The notes beneath the pieces were generated by a model. That model was not told where the DNA came from. It saw only the letters and a program-made list of their open reading frames with translations, and made no database searches. 64,000 bases of DNA from Candidatus Woesearchaeota archaeon (GTDB lineage Archaea > Nanobdellota > Nanobdellia > Woesearchaeales > SKIA01). Below are positions 48,501-57,236 of the stretch, in pieces. The translations under genes and the position numbers were made by a program. Position 1 is the first letter of the stretch; the number at the start of each line of letters is the position of its first letter. Location of the stretch: contig JBJKRI010000005.1 in NCBI GenBank assembly GCA_046704725.1, positions 32,001-96,000 on the forward strand, read 5' to 3'.

Positions 48501-49934
48501 ACCATCACCGGAGGAACGAACAGATTCTGGCAGACGTTCAACGACGGCGTGTACACTTGGAACGTGGGGTGCACGGACACGTCAGGGAACGCGGCGAACG
48601 CATCCGCGGCGCGGACGCTCAACGTGAGCATCATCCCGCCATGGATACCGACCGACGCGAACCACAGCGTGAACGGGAACGTGACCAGCCAGGTGAACGC
48701 GAGCGACAACGTGACGACATCGCTCAACAAGAACGAGATAGTGACGGTGGACACGTGGTCGCACAGCGCGCCGAGCAACGCGAACGTCTCCGGCGTGACG
48801 GCGTACTGCGAGATCGACAGCGCGGTGCGCGGTGCGCAGCTGTACTTCGAGTATTACACGGGAACGAACTGGTCGGCCGACGTGTGCCCGGGGGCGCAGG
48901 ACGGAGTGGGAACGTTCAGCTGCGACCTGTACGCGCAAGGCGTCACGAGCGTGTCGGCGCTCAACGCGTTGCAGGTGCGCTGCATCGACCGGGACGCGGA
49001 CGCCAGCTCGTCGTCGCAAGCCACGCTCGACTACGTCTACGTCCAGCCGGACTGGACGCTCATCCAGAAGCCCGACTTTGCCGTGGCGGACGCGAACCTG
49101 ACCTTGCCCGTCTCGCCGTCCGAGGGGGAGACGGTCACGCTGCACGCGAACGTGTCGAACATCGGGGTGGTGGGAGCCACCGCGCTCGTGGAGTTCTACG
49201 CCGATGGCACACCGATCGGCAACAGCAGCGTCCTCATCGATGCGGGAGGAATGGTCGAGTTCAACCAGACGTGGACCGCGCATGTGGGCCAATCGAACAT
49301 CAGCGTCGTCGTCGATCCCCTGGGCACCGTGAGCGAGCTCAACGAGACCAACAACAACGCGAGCGGCCTGGTGAACGTGAGCCTCTGGCAGACCTATTAC
49401 GGGAACACGTACAAGCGCTTCCTCGCGCTCGCCTCGGGCAACCAGTTCGCGTACAACTGGAGCAACAGCAACCTCCAGGGCAATATCTTCGCGGCCGACG
49501 CGGACGCGAACGTGAACGTGCTCGCCTTGCAGGCATTGACGCGCACGCCCTCGGGCACGTATAACTTCAGCGAGCTCTCCGCGGCGGACAGCCACCTAGG
49601 CAGCGCTGGACTGCCTGACAGCATCAACGCGACATACAGCAATGGAGGCGCACTGAAGGCGACGCAGACCTTCACCGTCTTCGGCACGCCGATCGCGAAC
49701 GTACCTACCGTGAACAGCACGAACACCTCTTCCTTCGTGACGGGGATACTCTACGACACGAGCGACGGCACCGGCGGCTATGACGGCACGCAGGACCTCG
49801 TGTTCATCACGCGCGTGAACCAATCGCACGTGGGCAAGTACGGCACGTACGACTACGAGTTGACGGTGCCGGCGTTCCTGAGAAACGACACGCCCGGGAC
49901 CAACGCTATCGACTTGTTCATCGAGATCACCTAG
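45555..49934 (+). CDS. Large secreted adhesin-like protein (Ig/FN3/CARDB domains, C-terminal 'WQxYYGN' domain)
   Basis: Signal peptide; FN3 (WTWTNPPD...YQIAVRTVDTSGN; TITWLTNE..DSVVKYG); CARDB (VVVDPLGTVSELNETNNN); dense N-sequons. Confidence 0.85.
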   Translation: MNKDVILLLLLLVPAVHALSLDNTLYVQGQPIVVHTGGQTLTVQTPDGIYTLLGTSNDVSFPTSTPGRYVFKTPGATVSATVSRAYSVLLRSANGASTVQAATDGTQTRIDIPGFTDVRTQGMPPASVRITPDMGRRWGFADTYAADPGNGAYTLTRIAKGSKLYKCANYDYAAERCNGGWSYLQSITPGAPYTIRVTGSDPAFGEGSTQGTPDSCLYTDESGAGTAVNADCLSEVQTANNGTTVQVIDNEGSGGTSHIDVNFTNTLSVQSITAVNVTYRYQRVTNTQVGATTASFQIYTAGAWTTACTTTVPIGTWGDYTCDLSAYITTQAQANNVVTRVVFSTAKSGKPSSTGTVYVDEAYLSMDYVYADIYPPTYSNIASQPTSPKTYDGVASNFSADWTDDVGVTTVYREDNFTGTVQNTTVTGGPTYQSSATLGAGTYEWRELATDAAGNWNDTMPYQTYVVDKATGQVYLTLNGTHGDLTIDQGRTVTIGGTRTAGETTMLLYENGSLLTSGTSISLPRTYNTPGEYNLTLSMAATQNYTAAQESWNLTVLDVTPPGPITSLTNQSAGQTWIYWTWTNPPDTDYSHAEVSINGTFYANVTTPHVNVTGLLAGTLYQIAVRTVDTSGNVNTTSVTGLGQTLTSTDVTPPSITSVAATNIQDSEATITWLTNEIADSVVKYGTTSGSYTNTNTNHSYTTTHSATLTGLVPSTIYYYVVNSSDPAANSNQSAQYSFTTGPDVTPPRYGSTSATPASGSTYPLTATFNATWTDNGALGMVDIEDNFTGAWRNDTMTAVGGGLYTFTAALAAGNYSWRSVANDTAGNRNNSMAYMTYTVAKAAGQARLLLNASDANLTVDQDIIVNVTAQRTAGEGKMDVLENGTSIGTGSPPVYVLKNYTMPGTYLLTARLNATQNYTAAQANHTLTVLDTQPPSVTLIQPFDGKTSTLALVQFDYLASDNVAVRNCTLYVDGTANQTNGTITGGTNRFWQTFNDGVYTWNVGCTDTSGNAANASAARTLNVSIIPPWIPTDANHSVNGNVTSQVNASDNVTTSLNKNEIVTVDTWSHSAPSNANVSGVTAYCEIDSAVRGAQLYFEYYTGTNWSADVCPGAQDGVGTFSCDLYAQGVTSVSALNALQVRCIDRDADASSSSQATLDYVYVQPDWTLIQKPDFAVADANLTLPVSPSEGETVTLHANVSNIGVVGATALVEFYADGTPIGNSSVLIDAGGMVEFNQTWTAHVGQSNISVVVDPLGTVSELNETNNNASGLVNVSLWQTYYGNTYKRFLALASGNQFAYNWSNSNLQGNIFAADADANVNVLALQALTRTPSGTYNFSELSAADSHLGSAGLPDSINATYSNGGALKATQTFTVFGTPIANVPTVNSTNTSSFVTGILYDTSDGTGGYDGTQDLVFITRVNQSHVGKYGTYDYELTVPAFLRNDTPGTNAIDLFIEIT

Positions 49935-51520
49935 CGGCGCTTGCGGACCGCGTAGAGGATGAGCAGCAGCGCGACGGCGGCAGCGACGAGTATCGCCCAG
50001 AGGGGGATGCCTGGCGTGCGCACGACAAAGGGCAATGTGGAGCGCTCGTTCTTCACCAATGAAAGAGCGCGCTGTCCGAAGAAGGCCTGCAAGGAGACCT
50101 CCTGGTTGGACTGCTCGTCCTGCAATGTGAGATTGAGCGGGATGGGCAACGTCGCCGTCTTGCCGGCGGCGACGGGAGTGACCGTCGAGGTCGCCTTGAG
50201 AAGTTCTCCGCCGCTGCGGACGTTGTCCGCCTCGACGAGGACGTACGCGTCGACCGTCCCGGTGTTCTTGACCTGGATCTCGAGGGCGTGGGCCGACGGG
50301 TCGTAGGAGGCGTCTGCGATCGTGATATTGCTCTTGTCGTCGATGGTGACATGCTCTATCGTGGCGTTGCCCTGCTTGATGAGCTCGAGGGTGTTCGGTG
50401 ACGCGCCGTACAAGAGGGTGTAGGGGAGCGTGGCGCCCGGGTCGGGCATGCTGTAGCGAACGGTCTTGTAGGTCTTGGCGTCGAGGAAGAGCGGGGCGCT
50501 GTCGCCGACGGTGCCGTTCGGGCCGCTGTAGGAGCCCGTGACGTACGTGGCGATGGTCCCGGGGTTCTGGTAGGTGACGAGCAGGGCGTGCTGGCTGGCG
50601 TCGTACTGGGCCTGCCCGATCGTGACCTCGGGGTTGGCGATGGGCACGGGGAACAGGTCGAGAGCGTACTGCTGCTGGTTCTGGCCCTGCGCGAACTTGA
50701 TGAAGATGCTGATGTTCGTCTTGTCCTTGATGAACTTGGCGTTGGGGGCGAGTGAGTTGCCGACGAGGACGGCGACGCTGAAATGGTGGGCAGTGATGAA
50801 GTCCAGGACGTCCTGCGGGACGTTCTGGCGCCCGATGAACAAGACGGGATCGTTGCCCATGATAAGACCTTGCTCGATGAACTCTCCGTTGGTGAGCTGC
50901 AAGGCCTTTGTCGGCGTGAGGTTGATGAAGCGCTGGACGAGGGCGAAGTTGTCGTCGAAGCGGTCCTGCTTGTTGATGACGACCGGATGGTCCTGGGAGA
51001 GGGTGTCGTACAGCGACGAGGGGATGTGGCCGTACAAGAGGAGCTCTTGCGGGTGCTTCTCGAGGATGATGGACTGCACTCCCGTGTGTGCGAAGACGAC
51101 CGAGGCGTGGCGCATCTTGGCGTAGGTCGCGACGCTGATCGCGTTGTAGCCGTAGGCGTCGTCCACGACGACGAGGTTGGTCGTGTTCGCGACGGTCGCG
51201 AAGTGCTGGTTGGTCGCGATGGGGTCCTCGCTGGTGTATTCATTGACGGTGAAGCCCTTGCTCTGGAGCATGGCGCGGAAACCCGGCATGGCCTGGTTGC
51301 GCCCGGTGATGAGCAGCACGTCCTTGTCGCCGCCGAGCGTGCTGAGGAGACGCTGCGCCTGGGTGGCGTTGATGACGAAATGCGCGGGCATGCCCTCCAC
51401 GGAGGCGTACTGCAATCCCGTGTAGACGTCGCGCCAGTCCTTGCTGTTGACAACGACCTGCTGCCCGAGGACGGGCGCTGCGAGCAAGACGATGAGGATT
51501 GCGACGATCCACGCTCTCAT
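49931..51520 (-). CDS. Membrane-anchored surface protein (cell-wall-binding-repeat-like N-region, Ig-like domains, C-terminal TM)
   Basis: Signal peptide; VVVNSKDWRDVYTG...DRFDDN; TM plus RKRR. Confidence 0.65.
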   Translation of the reverse strand: MRAWIVAILIVLLAAPVLGQQVVVNSKDWRDVYTGLQYASVEGMPAHFVINATQAQRLLSTLGGDKDVLLITGRNQAMPGFRAMLQSKGFTVNEYTSEDPIATNQHFATVANTTNLVVVDDAYGYNAISVATYAKMRHASVVFAHTGVQSIILEKHPQELLLYGHIPSSLYDTLSQDHPVVINKQDRFDDNFALVQRFINLTPTKALQLTNGEFIEQGLIMGNDPVLFIGRQNVPQDVLDFITAHHFSVAVLVGNSLAPNAKFIKDKTNISIFIKFAQGQNQQQYALDLFPVPIANPEVTIGQAQYDASQHALLVTYQNPGTIATYVTGSYSGPNGTVGDSAPLFLDAKTYKTVRYSMPDPGATLPYTLLYGASPNTLELIKQGNATIEHVTIDDKSNITIADASYDPSAHALEIQVKNTGTVDAYVLVEADNVRSGGELLKATSTVTPVAAGKTATLPIPLNLTLQDEQSNQEVSLQAFFGQRALSLVKNERSTLPFVVRTPGIPLWAILVAAAVALLLILYAVRKRR

Positions 51521-51599
51521 GCCTCGCTGCCCGCAGGGACTGCTTAAAAAAGTGTGGTATGAAGCTGCTTGCCGCTCGCTGGAAAGGTGTGGGGGAGAA

Positions 51600-51630
51600 G
51601 AACGGAGAGAAAAGAGAAAAGAAAAGAGAT
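51600..51630 (-). terminator. T-rich terminator after the 228-aa secreted gene
   Basis: Minus strand TCTTTTCTTTTCTCTTTTCTCTCC downstream of the stop. Confidence 0.55.
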
Positions 51631-51638
51631 GCTTCTGC

Positions 51639-52325
51639 CTAGATCTCCAGGTAGAAGTAATAGCTCTGGGTCGTGGCGTTCACGGGTACCATCAGCTGGA
51701 ACTGCGCGGTGTTACCGTTGTACGTGTCCGCTCCGGCAGATATCACATCTGTGCCGAAGACGGCGCCGGTCACACCACCGGTCGAGTCCTCACCGATGCA
51801 TGTCGTCCACTGTCCAGCCGTGCCGGTGCTGTTGAATGGGGTGACTCCCGCCGCTGAGGCGATCGCCGTTCCCGCATTGCAGGCAGTGCCGCTGAACGTG
51901 TTGTTGATGCTATCGGCATCCGAGGACGTGAAACCGTAGTCCGTGTCCAATGTCGCCAGGTTGGGCGTGCTCGCCGAGGTCACGGCGGTGATGCCGTTGC
52001 CCCAGTTCACATTGCTGTCCGGGCTGGCGAAGACACCTTGGAACGTGACACCGGTCCAGTCGTAGAACGTGCTGGAGCCGTCGCCGAGCTTGAGGCTTCC
52101 CGACACGTTGCCGTAGAAACCCTGCCACTTCTGCGTCCCTTGGTTGGAGCTGACGTTTACTTCCGTGACGTTACCGCCGCCGGCGGTGACCGAGTTCGCC
52201 GCTGGTGCGGAGTACTGCCCGGTCGCCCCGATGGTGCTCTGGCCAGCTTGGGGCGCGGCGAGCGCGAACCCGATGCCGAGCGTGAACACCATGGCGTACG
52301 CCATCAGGGTGATGAGTCGCTTCAT
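51639..52325 (-). CDS. Secreted 228-aa beta-rich protein, candidate major filament/surface subunit
   Basis: Signal peptide; GGNVTEVNV; KWQGFYGNVSG; ends YYFYLEI; strong SD GAGGTGA; long leader. Confidence 0.8.
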   Translation of the reverse strand: MKRLITLMAYAMVFTLGIGFALAAPQAGQSTIGATGQYSAPAANSVTAGGGNVTEVNVSSNQGTQKWQGFYGNVSGSLKLGDGSSTFYDWTGVTFQGVFASPDSNVNWGNGITAVTSASTPNLATLDTDYGFTSSDADSINNTFSGTACNAGTAIASAAGVTPFNSTGTAGQWTTCIGEDSTGGVTGAVFGTDVISAGADTYNGNTAQFQLMVPVNATTQSYYFYLEI

Positions 52326-52528
52326 GTTGTTGTTTCACCTCGCTGGTCTCGCACCCGGGGGACTTTTTCGGCAGAACCGAAAGGATTACCCTACCAGGAT
52401 ACGATTCCTGCTTTGAGTATACCTTTGTCTACACTGCTATATAAGGGTTATGTGTGTACGGAGCCGAATAGAGGTTCTTTTAAAAGGAAAGAGCGGCTTT
52501 TTAAGAGAAGAGCGGCCGGAAACGACCG

Positions 52529-53758
52529 ATGCGCCTCAAACTCCTCATCACCATCCTGCTGCTCGCCCAGATCGTGCTGTTCGGAGACCTCCTGTACCAC
52601 ATCGGGAGCGGGCAACAAGGCCTTGTCGTGGCCCATGCAGGGCAAGTGAGCTTCGTGCAGATCACGCCCGCGTCGCCATGGGGCGGCTCGTCAGGGATGC
52701 TGAGCCCGGCAGGACAGACCTCCATATCCATCACTGCCAACACCATCACGCAACAGAACGTCTCCTTCAACGACCCGAAGAACAACTGCAGCCGCACAGA
52801 GCTCGTCGCCGCGGTGACAGCGACCAACGTCACGGCCGTCGGGCCCGTGGACCCCGCGTACGCCGACACGCAACTCGGCTTCGACAGCAACAGCCCGCTG
52901 TCGGTGGAACGCATGTTCACCACGCAAGAGACCTACAGCCTGGCAGGACAGAACGTGACCTTGTGGAGCACGCGCACGCACGGCGCGCTCACGGACTTCA
53001 TCGAAGGGGTCGGGCAAGCGAACGGGCAGATCGTCTTCGTGACAGAGACGGTACGCAACGGCGAGGACTACCAAGGGAATCCCGCGAACTACCAATTCAT
53101 CCTGCCCCCCGGAGCCTGGCAAGTGACCTACGACGGCACGGACGTGTGCAGCGTGCTCTCGCAATACCAGCAACCCAACGCGACGCCCACGAGCGGAAGA
53201 CTGGTGTCGGCATTGCCGGACCGCATCTGCACAGGACAGCCAACGACGATGTACGCCGCGTACACCATCGACCGCACCTACTGCCTGCCGCAGGACGTGG
53301 GCGGCCCAACGTGCGGGCCGGCCAAGAACGTGCAGGCGGAGATCGACCGCAACGGTTCGACGCTACAGACCACGACGACCGGAGCGGACGGCAGCATCGG
53401 CTTCACGCCGGGACAGAGCGCGACCTACGTGCTGCACCTGAAGAGCGCGAACCAAAGCGTGACCACGCGGTTCACGACGCAGACTTGTCTCGCAGCGGGA
53501 CAGACATCATCGGGAACGACGGTGCAAGAGCCGGCGCCGAGCGTGACGCTGCTGCCCGGACTCAACAGCTCGAGCCCGCAGACGCAATCGCCCGGCACCG
53601 TAGCGGCGCGCGTGGGAGCCGACTACACGCTCATCAGCATCCTCACCGTGCTCATCGTCGGACTCTCCTTGTACGGCTACTATGAAAGCTTCCGCGACGC
53701 GAGCCCATTCCTGCTGCGGCTACGGATCTGGTGGTACGAGCACATCATGCGCCGTTAG
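52529..53758 (+). CDS. Membrane-anchored paralog of the 228-aa protein plus Ig-like domain
   Basis: ADTQLGF...FIEGVG...IVFVTE...ANYQFILP matches the paralogs; C-terminal TM. Confidence 0.7.
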   Translation: MRLKLLITILLLAQIVLFGDLLYHIGSGQQGLVVAHAGQVSFVQITPASPWGGSSGMLSPAGQTSISITANTITQQNVSFNDPKNNCSRTELVAAVTATNVTAVGPVDPAYADTQLGFDSNSPLSVERMFTTQETYSLAGQNVTLWSTRTHGALTDFIEGVGQANGQIVFVTETVRNGEDYQGNPANYQFILPPGAWQVTYDGTDVCSVLSQYQQPNATPTSGRLVSALPDRICTGQPTTMYAAYTIDRTYCLPQDVGGPTCGPAKNVQAEIDRNGSTLQTTTTGADGSIGFTPGQSATYVLHLKSANQSVTTRFTTQTCLAAGQTSSGTTVQEPAPSVTLLPGLNSSSPQTQSPGTVAARVGADYTLISILTVLIVGLSLYGYYESFRDASPFLLRLRIWWYEHIMRR

Positions 53759-53792
53759 GAACCCATAAGAACGGTCAACGAGAACGGAGGCT

Positions 53793-54059
53793 ATGCGCTG
53801 GAAGCCTGTCCTGTCTCTCGCGGGCATCATCGCCGTGCTCGGCCACGCTCCTGTCCGACCCACCATCGACGTGTATTCGCGGATCGCGTCAGAGGACAGC
53901 GCATTCGTCCAGGCGCTCCCCGAGCCTTACACGCGGCGCAAGGCCCTCCGTGCCGGCAAGAAGCGGAGCGACCCCGCGCGTGCCGCTTCAGGCCCGACGC
54001 CAGCCATCTTCTGCACGCCTTCAAGACTCGTGGAAGCGCTGAAGAACGGGCTCTCATAG
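53793..54059 (+). CDS. Small hypothetical protein
   Basis: GGAGG RBS; TATA-like CCATAAG about 30 nt upstream. Confidence 0.35.
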   Translation: MRWKPVLSLAGIIAVLGHAPVRPTIDVYSRIASEDSAFVQALPEPYTRRKALRAGKKRSDPARAASGPTPAIFCTPSRLVEALKNGLS

Positions 54060-54121
54060 AACGTTTCGGGCTGCAGCCCCTCACACTCACGTTCACGACG
54101 GACTCCGCATGGGCCTATAGT

Positions 54122-54673
54122 GTGATGGAGCGTTCCCTCCCTGATGCGCGCATGCTTGCTCGCATGACGGATTACCTGCGCAAGGGAAACGTGATGGCGT
54201 TCATCAAGCACGACACGATATACGTGAATCCGCGGGGAATGGAGATCACGTCTCCTCGAGGCATCGAACGCAACTCCGTCCATGAGCGCATGCACGCGTA
54301 CAATCCTGAGCTCTTCGCCCGATTCGGCCCGCAAGGGGGTCCTGATGATTCTCCCCTGCTCGATGAAGCGTTCGCCGTCTACTTCTCCAACCGGCTCGTC
54401 TATCAGCACGAACATCCCGGCGCGAGCGAAGCGGACATCGCGCGCGCATTGCAGGAACGCTTCTTGAACAAAGCAAAAGCTTGGAGGTACTTCATGGGCG
54501 TGTCGGCAGCAAACTTGCGGAAAGGCGTCCAATACGTGTATGTGCCGGAGATTATCACAGGTCTCGTGCGCGAGCACGGGTTGGAGCAAGGGATGCGGAT
54601 CGCGCTTTCGAGAACGTATGACTACAGTGAGCGATCACTTGCGCGGGCCGAGAAAGGCCGTCCACACCCGTGA
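54122..54673 (+). CDS. Hypothetical protein with HExxH zincin-like motif
   Basis: VHERMHAY followed by LDEAFA. Confidence 0.5.
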   Translation: MMERSLPDARMLARMTDYLRKGNVMAFIKHDTIYVNPRGMEITSPRGIERNSVHERMHAYNPELFARFGPQGGPDDSPLLDEAFAVYFSNRLVYQHEHPGASEADIARALQERFLNKAKAWRYFMGVSAANLRKGVQYVYVPEIITGLVREHGLEQGMRIALSRTYDYSERSLARAEKGRPHP

Positions 54674-55366
54674 AGGGACATGCGACGGACCGATATGGCC
54701 GCCTTCGGGGACGCGCGTGAGCGAGACCTGGACCTGTTTTGCCAGCCACTCGGAATGCGCGATCGGAACGACGGTATCGTCGCGCGCGGCGACTACGAAT
54801 ATCGTGGCGTGATGCAAGGCCTTGACCTCGTCGGCGGGATTGACGACGCCCCACTCGTCCCAATCATCGCCGGGGCGCATCGTCTTCGGGAACGCGCGGC
54901 GCATGATGCGCTTGAGCTCGGCATCATCCTCTCCGAGTTCCATCTTCCAATCTACGACCGGGCTGATCGCCAGGACGCGCTGGATGTGCAGGCGCGCGGT
55001 AGCGACCAATGCCAATGCGCCGCCGAACGATGTGCCGAGCAACGCGACCTCGCGGCAGCGCCACGAGACGTCCGTATCGCCCCAGAGCTCCGTTCCCGTG
55101 CCCCCTTCGCAGAAGGCGACGCAGCGACGGACCATGCGCAACGCCTGGCGCGGGCTGAAGGTGCCTGAGCTGTCATACGTGCCGGGATAGCTCGGGACGA
55201 GCACGGACCAGCCGCGCGAGACGGCCTCGACGACAGCGGGATGATGCTTGCTCAACGGTGCGCCCGGAGGCATGCCCGAGAGCGAGACGAGGAAACGCGG
55301 GCCCGGCGCGCCCTCGAAAAACAGCGATGCCTGGACGCCGGAGAAGCGGAAGAGCAGATGTTCCAT
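54635..55366 (-). CDS. Alpha/beta hydrolase
   Basis: GTSFGG nucleophile elbow; DDTVV; GGH. Confidence 0.85.
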   Translation of the reverse strand: MEHLLFRFSGVQASLFFEGAPGPRFLVSLSGMPPGAPLSKHHPAVVEAVSRGWSVLVPSYPGTYDSSGTFSPRQALRMVRRCVAFCEGGTGTELWGDTDVSWRCREVALLGTSFGGALALVATARLHIQRVLAISPVVDWKMELGEDDAELKRIMRRAFPKTMRPGDDWDEWGVVNPADEVKALHHATIFVVAARDDTVVPIAHSEWLAKQVQVSLTRVPEGGHIGPSHVPSRVWTAFLGPRK

Positions 55367-55451
55367 ACGTAAAGTGCGCAGGCGTCGCTTAAAAGCGTTC
55401 AGCCTTGGCATCACCAGAGGATTTATAAAGCAACTTCGAATCTCCACGAGC

Positions 55452-55856
55452 ATGGGTGAAGTCAAGCTCGCCAGCGTCAGTTCCCTCAAGAAAGGGAGCT
55501 ATATCGTCCTCGAAGGGGCCGCGTGCAGCGTCGTGGACCTGAAGACCTCGCGCCCCGGAAAGCACGGTCACGCGAAGGTCAACCTCATGGCGGTGGGCAT
55601 GCTCGACGGCAAGAAGCGCAACGCGGTCATGCCGGGACACGACAACGTCGAGGTCCCCATCATCGACAAGCGCAACGCCCAAGTGCTGTCCGCGACGAAC
55701 GAGAGCGCGAACGTCATGGACATGGAGACCTACGAGACCTTCGACCTCGTCGTCCCTCCAGAACTCAAGGGCAAGGTCAGCGAAGGACAGATCGTGGTGT
55801 ACTGGGTCGTGCTCGACGACCGCGTGCTCAAACAGATCAAGAGCGAGGCTGAATAA
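55452..55856 (+). CDS. eif5a: Translation factor aIF-5A
   Basis: SRPGKHGHAK hypusine motif; VPIIDKR; MDMETYETF. Confidence 0.97.
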   Translation: MGEVKLASVSSLKKGSYIVLEGAACSVVDLKTSRPGKHGHAKVNLMAVGMLDGKKRNAVMPGHDNVEVPIIDKRNAQVLSATNESANVMDMETYETFDLVVPPELKGKVSEGQIVVYWVVLDDRVLKQIKSEAE

Positions 55857-55857
55857 A

Positions 55858-56019
55858 ATGGTCGTGTTCCCCGAAGCAACCCAGCGATTGTACAAGGACG
55901 TGTACGTGTGCAAGCGCTGCAAGAGCAAGGTCAAGGCACAGAACCTGCAGGTGCAGGCCGGGAAAGTGGCCTGCCGCAAGTGCGGAAGCCACGCACTGCG
56001 CACCGTGCGCAAGAAGTAA
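55858..56019 (+). CDS. rpl40e: 50S ribosomal protein L40e (absent from the ORF track)
   Basis: MVVFPEATQRLYKDVYVCKRC...CRKCGSHALRTVRKK. Confidence 0.9.
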   Translation: MVVFPEATQRLYKDVYVCKRCKSKVKAQNLQVQAGKVACRKCGSHALRTVRKK

Positions 56020-56050
56020 AGCATAAATAGTCCTTTCTCGAGAGCGCGAT

Positions 56051-56605
56051 GTGCTATTCAGGAACTATCTTCTCGCCGGCTTCCGCTATCTCACCTTCGA
56101 CAAGAAGACCATCCGCGAGGCGGCCGAGGAGCCCAGAGCGTTCTATTGGGGGATCGGACTGGCAGTGTTCTGGGCGCTGCTCAGCGTGCTGGTCCTCGTC
56201 CTTGAGTACGACGGGTATACCATGCTCAATGACTTCATCCTGGCCGGCGTCCAGCTCGTGCTCGGATTCGCGCTCATCGCCATCGTGCACGGCGTCGCGC
56301 GCCTGCTCGGCGGGAAGGCGCGCTACACGCAGATGTACGGTGTGTGGGCCGCGCTCATCGTGCCAGAAGCGGCATTCTCCCTCGCGCTCGGCCACACCTA
56401 TCTATCGTTCCTCGTCGTGGTCCATTTCCTGCTCTCGCTCCTCATTCTCGTCGCGTCCGTGTTCGCGGTGCGCGAGATCTACAGTCTTCCGATATGGAAG
56501 GCGATCGTCAGCGTCCTTGTGCCGGTGGTGCTGTTCGGCATGCTCATCATCATTCTCGCCGGTTACAGCGCGCTCATCGTCGCCGCAATCAACACCCATC
56601 CATAA
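56051..56605 (+). CDS. Yip1-family membrane protein
   Basis: VHGVARLLGGKA; VREIYSLPIWKA. Confidence 0.8.
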   Translation: MLFRNYLLAGFRYLTFDKKTIREAAEEPRAFYWGIGLAVFWALLSVLVLVLEYDGYTMLNDFILAGVQLVLGFALIAIVHGVARLLGGKARYTQMYGVWAALIVPEAAFSLALGHTYLSFLVVVHFLLSLLILVASVFAVREIYSLPIWKAIVSVLVPVVLFGMLIIILAGYSALIVAAINTHP

Positions 56606-56642
56606 TGAAAACCTTAAATAGGAGCCTTTCCAGGTCTTCCGC

Positions 56643-57236
56643 ATGACATTCGGCTCCTACATCTCCAACGGCTTCCGATTCTTGACCTTCAAGGCGGACG
56701 CTGTCCATTCGGTGCGCGACGACGAGAATTCCTTCCGATACGGATTGGGGATACTGACCGCCGTGTCGCTGCTCGTCTTCCTTGCCTTCGGCGCGCTCGG
56801 AAGCCTGGTGGTCGGGTTGTTCGCGGGCGGGACCGGATTCGCGTCGGGATGGGTCTTCGGAGTCGTCGCGGGCATCTTCACGTTCGTCCTCGGATTCGTC
56901 GGGCCCGGCATCATCCACTTGTGCGCACGGCTCTTCGGCGGCAAGGCACGCGTCACGCAATACTTCTCTGTCGTCATGGCGATGACGATACCGTCGTTCA
57001 TCATATCGATCATCCTGGGGATACTCAATGTGATACCGTTCCTCGGTGTCCTCCTCTCATTGATCTGGGATGTCTACGCGTTCATCATCGGCGTCTTCCT
57101 CGTGAGAGAGACCTACACGATGTCCACGCTGCGAGCTGTCTTCGCGGTGCTACTGCCGGTGATCGTTGTGTTCATCTTGTTCGTCGCGTTCTTCGCGTCG
57201 CTCATGCCGTTCAGCGCGATGTCCGGACTGCCCTAG
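56643..57236 (+). CDS. Yip1-family membrane protein (tandem paralog)
   Basis: IHLCARLFGGKA; VRETYTMSTLRA; N-terminus resembles the preceding gene. Confidence 0.8.
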   Translation: MTFGSYISNGFRFLTFKADAVHSVRDDENSFRYGLGILTAVSLLVFLAFGALGSLVVGLFAGGTGFASGWVFGVVAGIFTFVLGFVGPGIIHLCARLFGGKARVTQYFSVVMAMTIPSFIISIILGILNVIPFLGVLLSLIWDVYAFIIGVFLVRETYTMSTLRAVFAVLLPVIVVFILFVAFFASLMPFSAMSGLP

